Shown here: piece by piece, positions 29,842 to 39,095 of the stretch
Numbering within the stretch: position 1 is the first letter of the stretch
Layout: each line of letters opens with the position of its first letter
Source: an uncultured Spirochaetales bacterium
GTDB taxonomy: Bacteria; Myxococcota_A; UBA9160; SMWR01
DNA length: 64,000 nt
Assembly: GCA_964494795.1 (NCBI GenBank)
Contig: CAZBSV010000074.1
Coordinates: 1,053-65,052 of the forward strand
Direction of reading: 5' to 3'
The notes under the pieces: model-generated
What the model was told of the DNA's origin: nothing
Databases searched by the model: none
The model's input: the letters and a program-made list of their open reading frames with translations, nothing else
Made by a program: the position numbers and the translations under genes

Positions 29842-31074
29842 TTACTGTGCGTTGGGCTCGGAGGAAGAGTCTTCGGAGTTCTCAGCGGCCCGCTCGAGCT
29901 CCTGCCACGAGGTGTGGCGAAAGCGCAGGACCGCGAAGCCGAGCGGCGTCACGATGAGCCAGAAAGCGGCGTGCAACAGCGTCCCAAGCGCCACCGCCAA
30001 CTCCGGTGACACGCCGAAGGGCTCGAGGGCGATCCGGCAAGCCGCGTGGTAGGTGCCGAAAAAACCCGGTGCGGACGGGATCGCAACCGCCATCCCGACG
30101 GCAGCCAGCACGATCCAAGCCGCCACCAGCGTTTCGAACGGCCCGCCGAAATCGATCCGGAGAGCCCAAAAGCCCGCCAACATGGGGACCGTGGAAGCGA
30201 CGAACCAGACCAAGATCGAGTGAAGTCCGATCCAGAAGAGGTGAGATCCGCCCTTCAACGCGCCGAGGCCCTCGCCAAATCGGCTCAGGACATCGACCAG
30301 ATACTTGCCGAAGCGCGCCGGGAAGGGTCGGAGCAGCCAGCTCGCGGCGCCGATCACGAGATGGGGCGCGAGCCGGAGGGTCAAGACCCCGATCAGCGGC
30401 GCGGCCGCGACCGGAATCAGCGCATACGCGACCCGCGCGAGCACGTCCTCGCTGCCCGAGCCGCGCAGCGAAATCGCGAGGCAGGCGAGCCCGAGCACCA
30501 TGACGGTGTCGATCACGCGCTCGAGGATGACCGTGCCAAACAGAGCCGCGGACGACGCTCCGACCTCGCGGCTGAGATACATCGGCCGAATGATCTCTCC
30601 CAGTCGCAGCGGAAAAATATTGTTCGCCATGAATCCGACCGCCGTGGCCCGAAACAACGGGCGGACGCCGATCGGCTGAATGGGGTCCGTCAGATGGCGC
30701 CAGCGCATGGCGCGCAGCTGGATCACCGCGAGATACGAGGGAAGCGAGAGTCCGATCAGCAGCAACCAGTTCGCTTGGCGAAGCGTCGACGCAACCAGGG
30801 CGATGTCCACGTCCCGAATCACGTACCAGATGAAGCCAGCCGTGATCCCGAAACCCAGCCAGACGCGGTAATCCCGGATCCGGCTGCGACGGCGGGGAGT
30901 CTCGCTTCGAAGCGCTGTGCGTCCGCCGACCGTCAGGGCAGACCCAGGATGGCACGAGCCGCAGCGACATCGGTCGCGATCTGCGCTCTCAGCGCGTCGG
31001 CGCCCGAGAATCGCCGCTCTTCCCGCAAGCGCTCTACGAACGACATCTCGATGCGGCGCCCGTAGGCGTCGCAC
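29842..31074 (-). CDS. flippase-like (UPF0104 / lysylphosphatidylglycerol-synthase TM region) membrane protein
   Basis: Multi-TM protein with RAMRWRHL, FMANNIFPLRLGEIIRP and ERVIDT motifs. The only in-frame start upstream of TM1 is GTG 31074, which overlaps the ribF 3' end by 142 nt, so the start is uncertain. Confidence 0.6.
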   Translation of the reverse strand: MRRLRAPHRDVVRRALAGRAAILGRRRAESADRDRCRCGSCHPGSALTVGGRTALRSETPRRRSRIRDYRVWLGFGITAGFIWYVIRDVDIALVASTLRQANWLLLIGLSLPSYLAVIQLRAMRWRHLTDPIQPIGVRPLFRATAVGFMANNIFPLRLGEIIRPMYLSREVGASSAALFGTVILERVIDTVMVLGLACLAISLRGSGSEDVLARVAYALIPVAAAPLIGVLTLRLAPHLVIGAASWLLRPFPARFGKYLVDVLSRFGEGLGALKGGSHLFWIGLHSILVWFVASTVPMLAGFWALRIDFGGPFETLVAAWIVLAAVGMAVAIPSAPGFFGTYHAACRIALEPFGVSPELAVALGTLLHAAFWLIVTPLGFAVLRFRHTSWQELERAAENSEDSSSEPNAQ

Positions 31075-31883
31075 TCGAGATCGATCAGGTGCGCCTCGGC
31101 CTGCAGGCGACCGCCGCCGCCGAAGGTGGGCCGGGTACCCACGTTCATTACGGCCGGCAGTTCGACACCGCGCTCGGGAACTCCGTCATCGATGAAGGCC
31201 ACGCGACCGACGTAGACTCCTGCGCCCGGAAGGATCTCGTTCTCGGGCTCGAGATTTGCGGTCGGGAATCCCAGCGTGCGCCCCCTCTGGTCGCCTCGGG
31301 TGACGCGGCCGCGGACACTATAAGCGCGACCCAGCATCCGGCCGGCCTCTTCGACGCGCGACTCGACCACCAGCTTGCGGATTCGCGTCGAGTTCACGTC
31401 GCTCCCATCCATCGTGACTTCCGGAATGATCGTGACGGAAAATTCCAGCTTCGGCCCGAGTTCCGTCAGCAGCCTCATCGACCCTTCGCGATCTCGGCCG
31501 AAATGGAAGTCGTAGCCGACATAGACCTCGACCGGTCGAACCCGGCGATAGAGGATCTCACGAATGAATGTTTCGGCAGACGTCGAGGCGAACGCCGTGT
31601 CGAATTTTTCGACGATGACCGCATCGATGCCCGCCTGATCGAGCAGTTCGATCCTCTGTTCGAGGGTCGTGAGCAAGCGCGGCGCCTGGTCCGGTCTCAG
31701 CACCTTGATCGGGTGCGGTTCAAAGGTGAAGACGACGGACGTTCCCCCGCACGCGCGTGCGCGCGCCACGACGAGATCCGTGATCGCGCGATGGCCCACG
31801 TGCAATCCATCGAAGTTGCCGACCGTGACGACGGGTCTGTGCAAGGGACGGCTCAGCGCACCGCTTCCCGCGAAATACTCCAA
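30933..31883 (-). CDS. ribF: bifunctional riboflavin kinase / FMN adenylyltransferase
   Basis: VVTVGNFDGLHVGHRAI, FTFEPHP, LGFPTANL and HLIDL motifs. A TTG 31883 start is proposed; the ORF extends to 32009. Confidence 0.85.
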   Translation of the reverse strand: MEYFAGSGALSRPLHRPVVTVGNFDGLHVGHRAITDLVVARARACGGTSVVFTFEPHPIKVLRPDQAPRLLTTLEQRIELLDQAGIDAVIVEKFDTAFASTSAETFIREILYRRVRPVEVYVGYDFHFGRDREGSMRLLTELGPKLEFSVTIIPEVTMDGSDVNSTRIRKLVVESRVEEAGRMLGRAYSVRGRVTRGDQRGRTLGFPTANLEPENEILPGAGVYVGRVAFIDDGVPERGVELPAVMNVGTRPTFGGGGRLQAEAHLIDLECDAYGRRIEMSFVERLREERRFSGADALRAQIATDVAAARAILGLP

Positions 31884-31898
31884 TGCTAGACTCCCGGC

Positions 31899-32975
31899 GT
31901 GCGCATCCTTTCGCGCTACTTCCTCACCAACTACCTGAAGTGCTTTGCCCTGATTCTGATCGCATCGATCATCGCCATCGCGGTGATCGAGTTGATGCTC
32001 AACCATCAAATTATCTTCGAACGCCGCGGGGGGGCGATGGGGTTGGCGACCTATCTCCTCCTACGCATTCCATCCTACTACTTTCGCGATCTGATACCGA
32101 TCGCATGCTTCGCCGCCGTGCTATTCGGCATCGGTCTCCCCGCGCGCTCGCACGAGATTACCGCGATCAGGGCCGGAGGCATCGCGCCCGCGCGAACGGT
32201 CATTCCTCTGCTCTGCGCGGCCGCTGCTCTTTCCGGCATCACGCTATCCCTCAACGAATCGCTGGTCGTCCAGGCCTCGCGGGCCTGGGCGCGCGAAATG
32301 CATCCCAGAGGAAACATCGCGTTCCGCCAGAATTCGTTCTGGTACTACCGGGGGAACGCCCTGTATAGCGTTCAAGGGGTCGATCGAGAAGCGGGCATCC
32401 TTCGCGGCGTCAGCGTCTACGAACGCGGCCCAGAGGGTCGACTGATCGAGATCGTACAGGCCGAACGGGTCGACGTGCGAGACGCTGGGCATTGGCGCTT
32501 TCTCGACTCAACGTCGCGAACCTTCGATCCGAAGCACCCAGCGAAACCACCCGAGGTCACACATTTTGCGCAGTGGAGCCGCGATGTCGCGGCGGACGAC
32601 GACCTCTTGATGCTCGAGGCTAGCGCGAAGAACCTGTCGCTTCCCAAACTCGGCGCCTACATCGAAGCCCAGGTCCGCGCCGGCAGAAACGCAACGCGCC
32701 ATCTCGCACTCTATCACGCGCGCCTGTCCGAACCGTGGACGGTGCTTCTATTCGCCTTGCTCGCCGCGCCACTGGGATTTGCGGTCGAACGCAATCGAAG
32801 CCTCGCCGCATCCGCGCTGACGGGAGTCATCATCCTGGCCATCTTCTACACCTCGCGCAGCGCGGCGGAAATGCTCGCGCAAAGGGAATTTGCGGCCGCG
32901 GCCGCGAGTCACTGGCTGATCCTCGCCGCCTTCGGCAGCTACGCAGTGGTGCAGCTTTTCCGGGTTGCGCGCTGA
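31899..32975 (+). CDS. LptF/LptG (YjgP/YjgQ) family permease
   Basis: MRILSRYFLTNYLK N-terminus, SHEITAIRAGGI motif, 6 predicted TM segments with a central periplasmic domain. Confidence 0.75.
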   Translation: MRILSRYFLTNYLKCFALILIASIIAIAVIELMLNHQIIFERRGGAMGLATYLLLRIPSYYFRDLIPIACFAAVLFGIGLPARSHEITAIRAGGIAPARTVIPLLCAAAALSGITLSLNESLVVQASRAWAREMHPRGNIAFRQNSFWYYRGNALYSVQGVDREAGILRGVSVYERGPEGRLIEIVQAERVDVRDAGHWRFLDSTSRTFDPKHPAKPPEVTHFAQWSRDVAADDDLLMLEASAKNLSLPKLGAYIEAQVRAGRNATRHLALYHARLSEPWTVLLFALLAAPLGFAVERNRSLAASALTGVIILAIFYTSRSAAEMLAQREFAAAAASHWLILAAFGSYAVVQLFRVAR

Positions 32976-32979
32976 CCGC

Positions 32980-33873
32980 TCAACGCCGATCTGCACCCCC
33001 GCCGCTAGCGTCGAGAAACTCGAAGAATTCCGAATCGGGCGACAGAATCAGCGTGGTTCCTTCACCGATCGTCTTCCGATAGGCCTCGAGGCTGCGAACG
33101 AATGCATAGAAGTCGGGCGCCTTGCCGTAGGCGGCCGCGTAGATGCGCGCCGACTCGGCATCACCCGCGCCACGCATGATCTCCGCTTCACCCATCGCGT
33201 TCGCGACGGTCACCCGCGCATCGCCATCAGCCACTGCTCGGATCTCTCGGGCGTCTTCTTCTCCCTCGGCCCGGTACTTCCGCGCGAGTCGCTCGCGATC
33301 CGTCTTCATCCGCGCGTAGACGTTCTTCTCGATCGCGTCCGGAAGTTCGGTCCGGTTGATCCGAACGTCGTGGATCGCGATTCCGGTCCCCGCAAACGAA
33401 TCCGCTACCCGCTTGCGGATCGCCTGCATGATCTCGCTGCGCCGGTCGGTGAGAAGTTCCGCGAGCGTGTGCCGCGCGACGATCTCGCGCACTCCCGCGC
33501 GCACGACGCGGTCCATCTGTTTCTCGGCCTGCTGCATTCCCTTGGGAAACGACGAGATGAATGCGGTCAGGTCATCGATCTTCCACATCGCGTAATTGTC
33601 GACCACGACGCGTTCCTGGTCCTTCGTCTGGATCACGTCCTGCTCGGTATTGAGATAGAGCCGACGCCGCTCGTAGGTCTTCACTTCGTCGAGAAATGGC
33701 ACGCGCAACGACCATCCGGGCTCGGTCTCATTGATGACATCGCCGAATCTCAAGATGATCTGCTGCGTGCCCTCCTGCGTGATGAGCACCGGGCCGATCC
33801 CTCGGCTGCCGGCGGCGATCAAGGCCACAGCCAGAGTCGACAAGAGGGCGATCACGAGAAAGAGTCGCTTCAC
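32980..33873 (-). CDS. hflC: protease modulator HflC (SPFH family)
   Basis: N-terminal TM segment. The SPFH core and the ERLARKYRAEGEEDAREIRA...AEIMRGAGDAESARIYA pattern are typical of HflC. Confidence 0.85.
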   Translation of the reverse strand: MKRLFLVIALLSTLAVALIAAGSRGIGPVLITQEGTQQIILRFGDVINETEPGWSLRVPFLDEVKTYERRRLYLNTEQDVIQTKDQERVVVDNYAMWKIDDLTAFISSFPKGMQQAEKQMDRVVRAGVREIVARHTLAELLTDRRSEIMQAIRKRVADSFAGTGIAIHDVRINRTELPDAIEKNVYARMKTDRERLARKYRAEGEEDAREIRAVADGDARVTVANAMGEAEIMRGAGDAESARIYAAAYGKAPDFYAFVRSLEAYRKTIGEGTTLILSPDSEFFEFLDASGGGADRR

Positions 33874-34880
33874 GGTTTGCCCCGCAAATCATCGTCGAGC
33901 GACAGATGCGGCAACACGCCCGCGACTCCAGGCTCGATGATGACCATTCGCACGCGGGGCAGCACGCCTTCCATCGTCTCCAGATAGAGTCGCTTTCGGG
34001 TCACTTCGGGGGCCGCCTGGTAGGCGGCAACCAGCGCGTTGAAGCGCTCGGCCTCTCCCCGGGATTCCGCGATCTTCGAATCGCGATAGGCCCTCGCGGA
34101 TTCCCTCAGCTCGATCGCCTCGGCGCGGGCCTGGGGGAGCACCTCGTTCTCATAACCCTTCGCCTGGTTGATCGCGAGATTCGCATCCTGCGCGGCGGCG
34201 ACGACGTCGTCGAACGCCGCCCTCACTTCTTGCGGCGGCTGCACCTGTTGCAATTCCACCTGCATCACCTCGACTCCCATCTCATAGGAATCGACGATGT
34301 CCTGCAACAGTCGCGCGCTCTCGATTTCGACCTCGCCGCGCCGCTCCGTGAGAACGCCGTCCACCGTCATTCGGCCGACGATCTCGCGCACCGCCGCCTG
34401 CGCGGCGTCGCGCAGGGTCGGCACGATATCAGCTACGCCATATTGCGACTCGTAGGCGTCGCTCACTCGGTACTGCATGACGAAACCGAGATCGACGATG
34501 CTGTTGTCTCCGGTTTGCATGCTGGACTCATGCTTGCTTTGGCTGTTCTGCTCCGCCTCGCCCTCCCGAACGCCGAACTCCAAGCGCATGATTTCCGAGA
34601 CGTTGACGATCTCGTGGGTCTCGATGGGTGAGGGAAGACGCCAGCGCAGTCCCGCCTGCGGCTCGGTTCGCTGGTAGGCGCCCAATCGCAGGATGATCGC
34701 CGACTGTCCGGGCTTGAGTTGATAGAAGCCAAAATGTTCGGCGCCCGGAAAACCCAGATACGCCCAAGCCGCGCTCCCCGCGAGTAGCAACAACAGCAGA
34801 ATCACACTGCTCAGCAGCCGCCGCACCGAGCGATTCACCTTCGCATCGACCGAAGGGTCTGCGTCCTCTCGAGGAGCCAT
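33870..34880 (-). CDS. hflK: protease modulator HflK (SPFH family)
   Basis: TM segment plus SPFH core. VQPPQEVRAAFDDVVAAAQD...AKGYENEVLPQARAEA pattern. 4-nt overlap with hflC. Confidence 0.85.
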   Translation of the reverse strand: MAPREDADPSVDAKVNRSVRRLLSSVILLLLLLAGSAAWAYLGFPGAEHFGFYQLKPGQSAIILRLGAYQRTEPQAGLRWRLPSPIETHEIVNVSEIMRLEFGVREGEAEQNSQSKHESSMQTGDNSIVDLGFVMQYRVSDAYESQYGVADIVPTLRDAAQAAVREIVGRMTVDGVLTERRGEVEIESARLLQDIVDSYEMGVEVMQVELQQVQPPQEVRAAFDDVVAAAQDANLAINQAKGYENEVLPQARAEAIELRESARAYRDSKIAESRGEAERFNALVAAYQAAPEVTRKRLYLETMEGVLPRVRMVIIEPGVAGVLPHLSLDDDLRGKP

Positions 34881-34883
34881 CGA

Positions 34884-35672
34884 TCAGGCTCCGCCGCTGT
34901 CTTTGGAAGCGCCCTTGGGCATCGAGACGAGATTCTCGTAGAAGGGGCGCAGGATGTCGATCGGAACCGGAAAGATCGTCGTCGAATTGTTTTCGGTTGC
35001 GATCTCGGCGAGCGTCTGTAGATACCGGAGCTGCAGCGCACCCGGCTCCGTGCTGAGCACCCGCGCTGCGTTCGCGAGCTGCTGAGCGGCTTGAAATTCG
35101 CCCGCGGCGTGGATCACCTTCGCGCGCTTCTCGCGCTCGGCTTCGGCCTGCTTGGCCATCGCCCGCTGCATGTCCGGCGGCAGGTCGATTTGTTTGACTT
35201 CGACCGCGCGAACCTTCACCCCCCAGGGTTCCGTCTGCAGGTCGATGATCACCTGGAGCTTCTGATTGATGTCTTCGCGCTCCGCGAGAAGCTCGTCGAG
35301 CTCGGCCTGGCCGCAGATGCTGCGAAGCGTCGTCTGAGCGAGCTGCGAAGTTCCGTACAGATAGTTCTCGACCTGGATCACCGCCTTCTCGGGGTGCAGC
35401 ACGCGGAAGTAGAGCACCGCGTTGACCTTCACCGAGACGTTGTCGCGCGTGATGACCTCCTGGGAGGGCACATCCATCACGATTTCGCGCAAGCTGATGC
35501 GCACCATGCGGTCGACGCCCGGAATGATCCATTTGAAACCCGCCGTCTTGACGCCGACGAATCGCCCCAGCCGAAAGATCACACCGCGCTCGTATTCTGC
35601 GATGATCCGAATGCCAAAAACGAAAAGCGCCGCAAGCGTCCCAATCACAACCAGCAATCCCAGTCCCATCAA
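34884..35672 (-). CDS. stomatin-like SPFH/Band 7 protein (QmcA/YbbK-like)
   Basis: [13 protein letters not shown]...[17 protein letters not shown]...[25 protein letters not shown]. Confidence 0.85.
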   Translation of the reverse strand: MMGLGLLVVIGTLAALFVFGIRIIAEYERGVIFRLGRFVGVKTAGFKWIIPGVDRMVRISLREIVMDVPSQEVITRDNVSVKVNAVLYFRVLHPEKAVIQVENYLYGTSQLAQTTLRSICGQAELDELLAEREDINQKLQVIIDLQTEPWGVKVRAVEVKQIDLPPDMQRAMAKQAEAEREKRAKVIHAAGEFQAAQQLANAARVLSTEPGALQLRYLQTLAEIATENNSTTIFPVPIDILRPFYENLVSMPKGASKDSGGA

Positions 35673-35802
35673 TCCCCTCCCCTCGATGCCCCTATGCGAC
35701 TCTATCCCTCTCCAGCTCGATGACTCTATGCCGCGCCGTCCGGCTCGGAAACTCTATGCGGTGATGCCGCTTCGATCAGCCGCTCGCGACCGGATCGGCG
35801 TT

Positions 35803-37140
35803 CTAATCGGAGCGCGCGCGGCGCACGCGAAGCCGCAGCCCTTCGACCGCGGTGACCTCCACGGACTCGCCGCTCTCGATCTGCTGGTCGGCCTTGGCCG
35901 ACCAGTACTCGCCCCGAATGAAGACCTTGCCATCCGGGCACAGCGGCGTCCGCGCCTCGCCGATCAGGCCGAGCAGCTCGTCGACACCCGTCGTCTGCGC
36001 CCGAAAAACGCTTCGCGTCACGATCAGCACGATGGTCCCCGCACAGATCGCGAAGCCCGCCACCACGGGTACCAAGAACGTCCAGAATGGCAGCGTGAGA
36101 TCGCTCAGCTCCGGCATGTCGAATATCATCGAACCGCCAACGAGCATGCAGATGACTCCCAGCGTGAACAGCACGCCGAAGGACGTGACGAAAATCTCCA
36201 GCACGAGCAGGATCATCCCCACGAGCATCACCAGCAGGCCGATCCACGAGAACGGCAGGATCTGCAGTGCGAATCCGGCGACCACCAGGCAAAGCGCCCC
36301 GAGGATTCCCGGCACCAGCATCCCGGGCTGTTGAAACTCGATGTAGAGACCCAGCATTCCGGCCATCACGAGTAGCACCGCGATTTCCGGGCTGGCGAGG
36401 AAATTGAAGAATCTCGTCATCCCCGTCATCTCGATACTGCGAACATCCGCGGCTTCCGTTTCGAGGACGACCAGCGTCCCGTCGCCGATCTCGACCTCCA
36501 TTCCCTGGACTTGTTTGAGGAGATCCGCCCGATCCGAAGCCACCAGGTCGATCACTCCGAGTTTCAGCGCCTCGTCCTGGGCGATCGCTTCGGCCTCGCG
36601 CACCGCGCTGATCGCCCACTCGACGTTGCGTTTTCGCTCGGTGGCGATCGATTCCATGAACGCCATGGTCATCTTCTCGGCCTTCTCCATTCCCACGTCA
36701 CTGCGTTCGTCGTCCTCTTCGCGCTTCCCTCCGCCGCCCGATACGCTGATTGGAGACGCTGCGCCGATGCTGGTTCCGGGCGCCATCGCGGCGATGTGGC
36801 CCGCGAGCGTGATGAACGTCCCGGCAGAAGCCGCCCACGCGCCCCTCGGCGCGACGAACACGATGATCGGCACATTCGCGTTGAGCATCGCCTGGATGAT
36901 GTCCTTGGTCGACGCGAGCAGCCCGCCTGGCGTATCGAGTTCGATCAGGAGCGCTTCGGCACCGTCGGATTCACTCTGCCGAATCGCGTCCTGGATGTAG
37001 TCGGATGACGCCGGATTGATCGAGCCATTGATCGCAATCAAGTTGACGTGGCCCGCCGACGCGTTGCCCGCGAGCAGCGCGAGTGAACCCAGTGCAACGG
37101 CGAGAATGCGAATCGAGCGCGCCGACCCGAACGACATCAT
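35803..37140 (-). CDS. NfeD-family membrane-bound ClpP-class serine protease
   Basis: Signal peptide, ClpP-like domain (LIELDTPGGLL...AASAGTFITLAGHIAAMAPGTSIGAASP), 4-5 TM segments, C-terminal NfeD OB-fold (KVFIRGEYWSAKA). ATGA overlap with coaBC. Confidence 0.8.
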   Translation of the reverse strand: MMSFGSARSIRILAVALGSLALLAGNASAGHVNLIAINGSINPASSDYIQDAIRQSESDGAEALLIELDTPGGLLASTKDIIQAMLNANVPIIVFVAPRGAWAASAGTFITLAGHIAAMAPGTSIGAASPISVSGGGGKREEDDERSDVGMEKAEKMTMAFMESIATERKRNVEWAISAVREAEAIAQDEALKLGVIDLVASDRADLLKQVQGMEVEIGDGTLVVLETEAADVRSIEMTGMTRFFNFLASPEIAVLLVMAGMLGLYIEFQQPGMLVPGILGALCLVVAGFALQILPFSWIGLLVMLVGMILLVLEIFVTSFGVLFTLGVICMLVGGSMIFDMPELSDLTLPFWTFLVPVVAGFAICAGTIVLIVTRSVFRAQTTGVDELLGLIGEARTPLCPDGKVFIRGEYWSAKADQQIESGESVEVTAVEGLRLRVRRARSD

Positions 37141-38441
37141 TTGCTGCCTTTTCGCAACTTGACGATCCGGTCGAGCAGTTGCGCGGCGACCGCGCTCTTG
37201 GCAAGCGACGGCAGCTCTTCGATCTGCCCGTCCGGCCAGACGAAGACGGCCGCGTTGGAATCCGAATCGAAGACCGCCGCCTTTTCGCTGATGTCGTTCG
37301 CGACCAGAAGGTCGCAGCCCTTTCGCGCGAGCTTCCTGCTCGCGGCGGCGATCAGGTCGTGGCTCTCGGCCGCAAACCCGACCAGCGTGCGCTCGCCCTT
37401 GATCTCGCAGAGCTCTGCAAGGATGTCGGGATTGCGGACCAACTCGAGCGTCAGGCCCGCCGAATCCGCGAGGTCTTCTTTCTTGATCTTGCGTTCCGAG
37501 TATTGGGCGGGTCGAAAATCGGCCACGGCTGCGGCCATCACGGCGATGCTCGACGCCCCAAACTCCGATAGCACGGCATCGCGCATCTCACTCGCCGTCC
37601 GGACATCCAGCCGGCGCACACCCGCTGGCGTAGTCAGCGCAGTCGGTGCCGCGACGAGAACCACTTCGGCGCCGCGCCGCGCCGCCTCGGCGGCGACCGC
37701 AAATCCCATCTTGCCGGAAGATCGATTGCCCAGATAGCGCACCGCGTCGATCGGCTCGCGGGTCCCGCCTGCGCTGACCAGAATCCGCTCGCCTGCGAGA
37801 TCGCGGGTTCCGAGCAACAAGCTGGCTTCCGCGGCGATCGCCTCAGGCGGCGACATCCGGCCGGCGCCTTCCCAGCCGCACGCGAGTTCTCCGCTTTCCG
37901 GGCCAATCGAGCGGACTCCGCGCTCTCGCAGAACTTCCATGTTGGCACGCGTGGCCGGATGCTCCCACATGTTCACGTTCATCGCGGGTGCGACGAGAAT
38001 CGGCGCGCGCGTCGCGAGCAACACCGCCGACACCAGATCGTCGGCGAGCCCGCAGCGAAGCTTCGCGAGACTGTTGGCGGTGGCCGGCGCGAGGATTGCG
38101 AGTTCCGCCCAGTCCGCGAGCGAGATATGGTCGATCTCCCCTCCTTGGGAGGGGTCGAAGCGATCATTCTGGAAGGGGTCGAAGCGATCATTCTGGTAGG
38201 GGTCGAAGAGATCATTCTGGGAGGGGTCGAAGCGATCATTCTGGGAGGGGTCGAAGAGATCCTTGCGCACTGGGTAACCGGTCAGCGTCTGGACCACCAG
38301 CGGGGTGACGAACTGCTGGGCGTTTTCGGTCATCGCGCAGCGCACGCAAGCGCCAGCCCGACGCAGGATCCGGATCAACTCCGGAACCTTGTACGCCGCG
38401 ATACCGCCGCTGACCGCGACCAGGACACGCCGCTGTTCCAT
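37137..38441 (-). CDS. coaBC: bifunctional phosphopantothenoylcysteine decarboxylase / synthetase, carrying a tandem-repeat insertion
   Basis: VLVAVSGGIAAYK, APATANSLAKL, PAMNVNMW, ACGWEGAGRM, SAGGTREPID and GNRSSGKMG motifs. ATG 38441. Confidence 0.9.
   Translation of the reverse strand: MEQRRVLVAVSGGIAAYKVPELIRILRRAGACVRCAMTENAQQFVTPLVVQTLTGYPVRKDLFDPSQNDRFDPSQNDLFDPYQNDRFDPFQNDRFDPSQGGEIDHISLADWAELAILAPATANSLAKLRCGLADDLVSAVLLATRAPILVAPAMNVNMWEHPATRANMEVLRERGVRSIGPESGELACGWEGAGRMSPPEAIAAEASLLLGTRDLAGERILVSAGGTREPIDAVRYLGNRSSGKMGFAVAAEAARRGAEVVLVAAPTALTTPAGVRRLDVRTASEMRDAVLSEFGASSIAVMAAAVADFRPAQYSERKIKKEDLADSAGLTLELVRNPDILAELCEIKGERTLVGFAAESHDLIAAASRKLARKGCDLLVANDISEKAAVFDSDSNAAVFVWPDGQIEELPSLAKSAVAAQLLDRIVKLRKGSK
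38151..38264 (-). repeat. 24-nt tandem repeat, about 5 copies, in-frame in coaBC (octapeptide D[LR]FDPxQN)
   Basis: ggggtcgaagcgatcattctgg(a/t/g)a units at 38151, 38175, 38199, 38223 and 38247. They encode DLFDPSQN DRFDPSQN DLFDPYQN DRFDPFQN DRFDPSQG. Confidence 0.9.
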
Positions 38442-38570
38442 CGCTTGGCCTCGGGAATTTCCTTTGTTGGCTGCGAGGTTAACGGAACCCGGGCGAAGCA
38501 ACAACGAAGCTTCGGGCCCGCGTGGGTTGGCGTCAGCGCGCCGCTCGATCGAGCCTCTCCGCCGCGCCGC

Positions 38571-39083
38571 TCAGCCGAGCCGCACAGGCCCGATCCTTTC
38601 CTGAAGCTTCTTCGCGACAAGCGAGGGAACGAAATCGTCCACGGAGCGTCCGAGTCGAACGAGCTCTTTGAGCCGAGAGGAGCTGACGTAGAGATACTCC
38701 TGACTGGACATCATGAAGACCGTCTCGATCTCCGGGTAGAGGTGCTTGTTCATCAGCGCCATCTCGAATTCGTATTCGAAATCCGACATCGCGCGCAGGC
38801 CGCGAATGATGACCTTCGCGCCGATCTCCATCGCAAAGTCGACCGTCAGGTTATCGAACGCCGTGACATCGACTCGCGGTTCGTCACCGAGCACCGATCG
38901 GAGCATGCCGATTCGCTCGTCCTTGCTGAAGGTGCCTTCCTTTTCGACGTTGAAGGCAACCGCGATCACGAGCCGGTCGAAGATCTTCAGCGCGCGCTGC
39001 ACCACGTCGAGATGGCCGTTGGTGAGAGGATCGAAGCTCGCGGGAAATACGGCGACCGTCGTTTTGCCGTTTCGATCGGCCAT
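38571..39083 (-). CDS. coaD: phosphopantetheine adenylyltransferase
   Basis: AVFPASFDPLTNGHLDVVQRA, RGLRAMSDFEYE, SSSRLKE. Confidence 0.9.
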   Translation of the reverse strand: MADRNGKTTVAVFPASFDPLTNGHLDVVQRALKIFDRLVIAVAFNVEKEGTFSKDERIGMLRSVLGDEPRVDVTAFDNLTVDFAMEIGAKVIIRGLRAMSDFEYEFEMALMNKHLYPEIETVFMMSSQEYLYVSSSRLKELVRLGRSVDDFVPSLVAKKLQERIGPVRLG

Positions 39084-39095
39084 CCAAGCTCCTCG

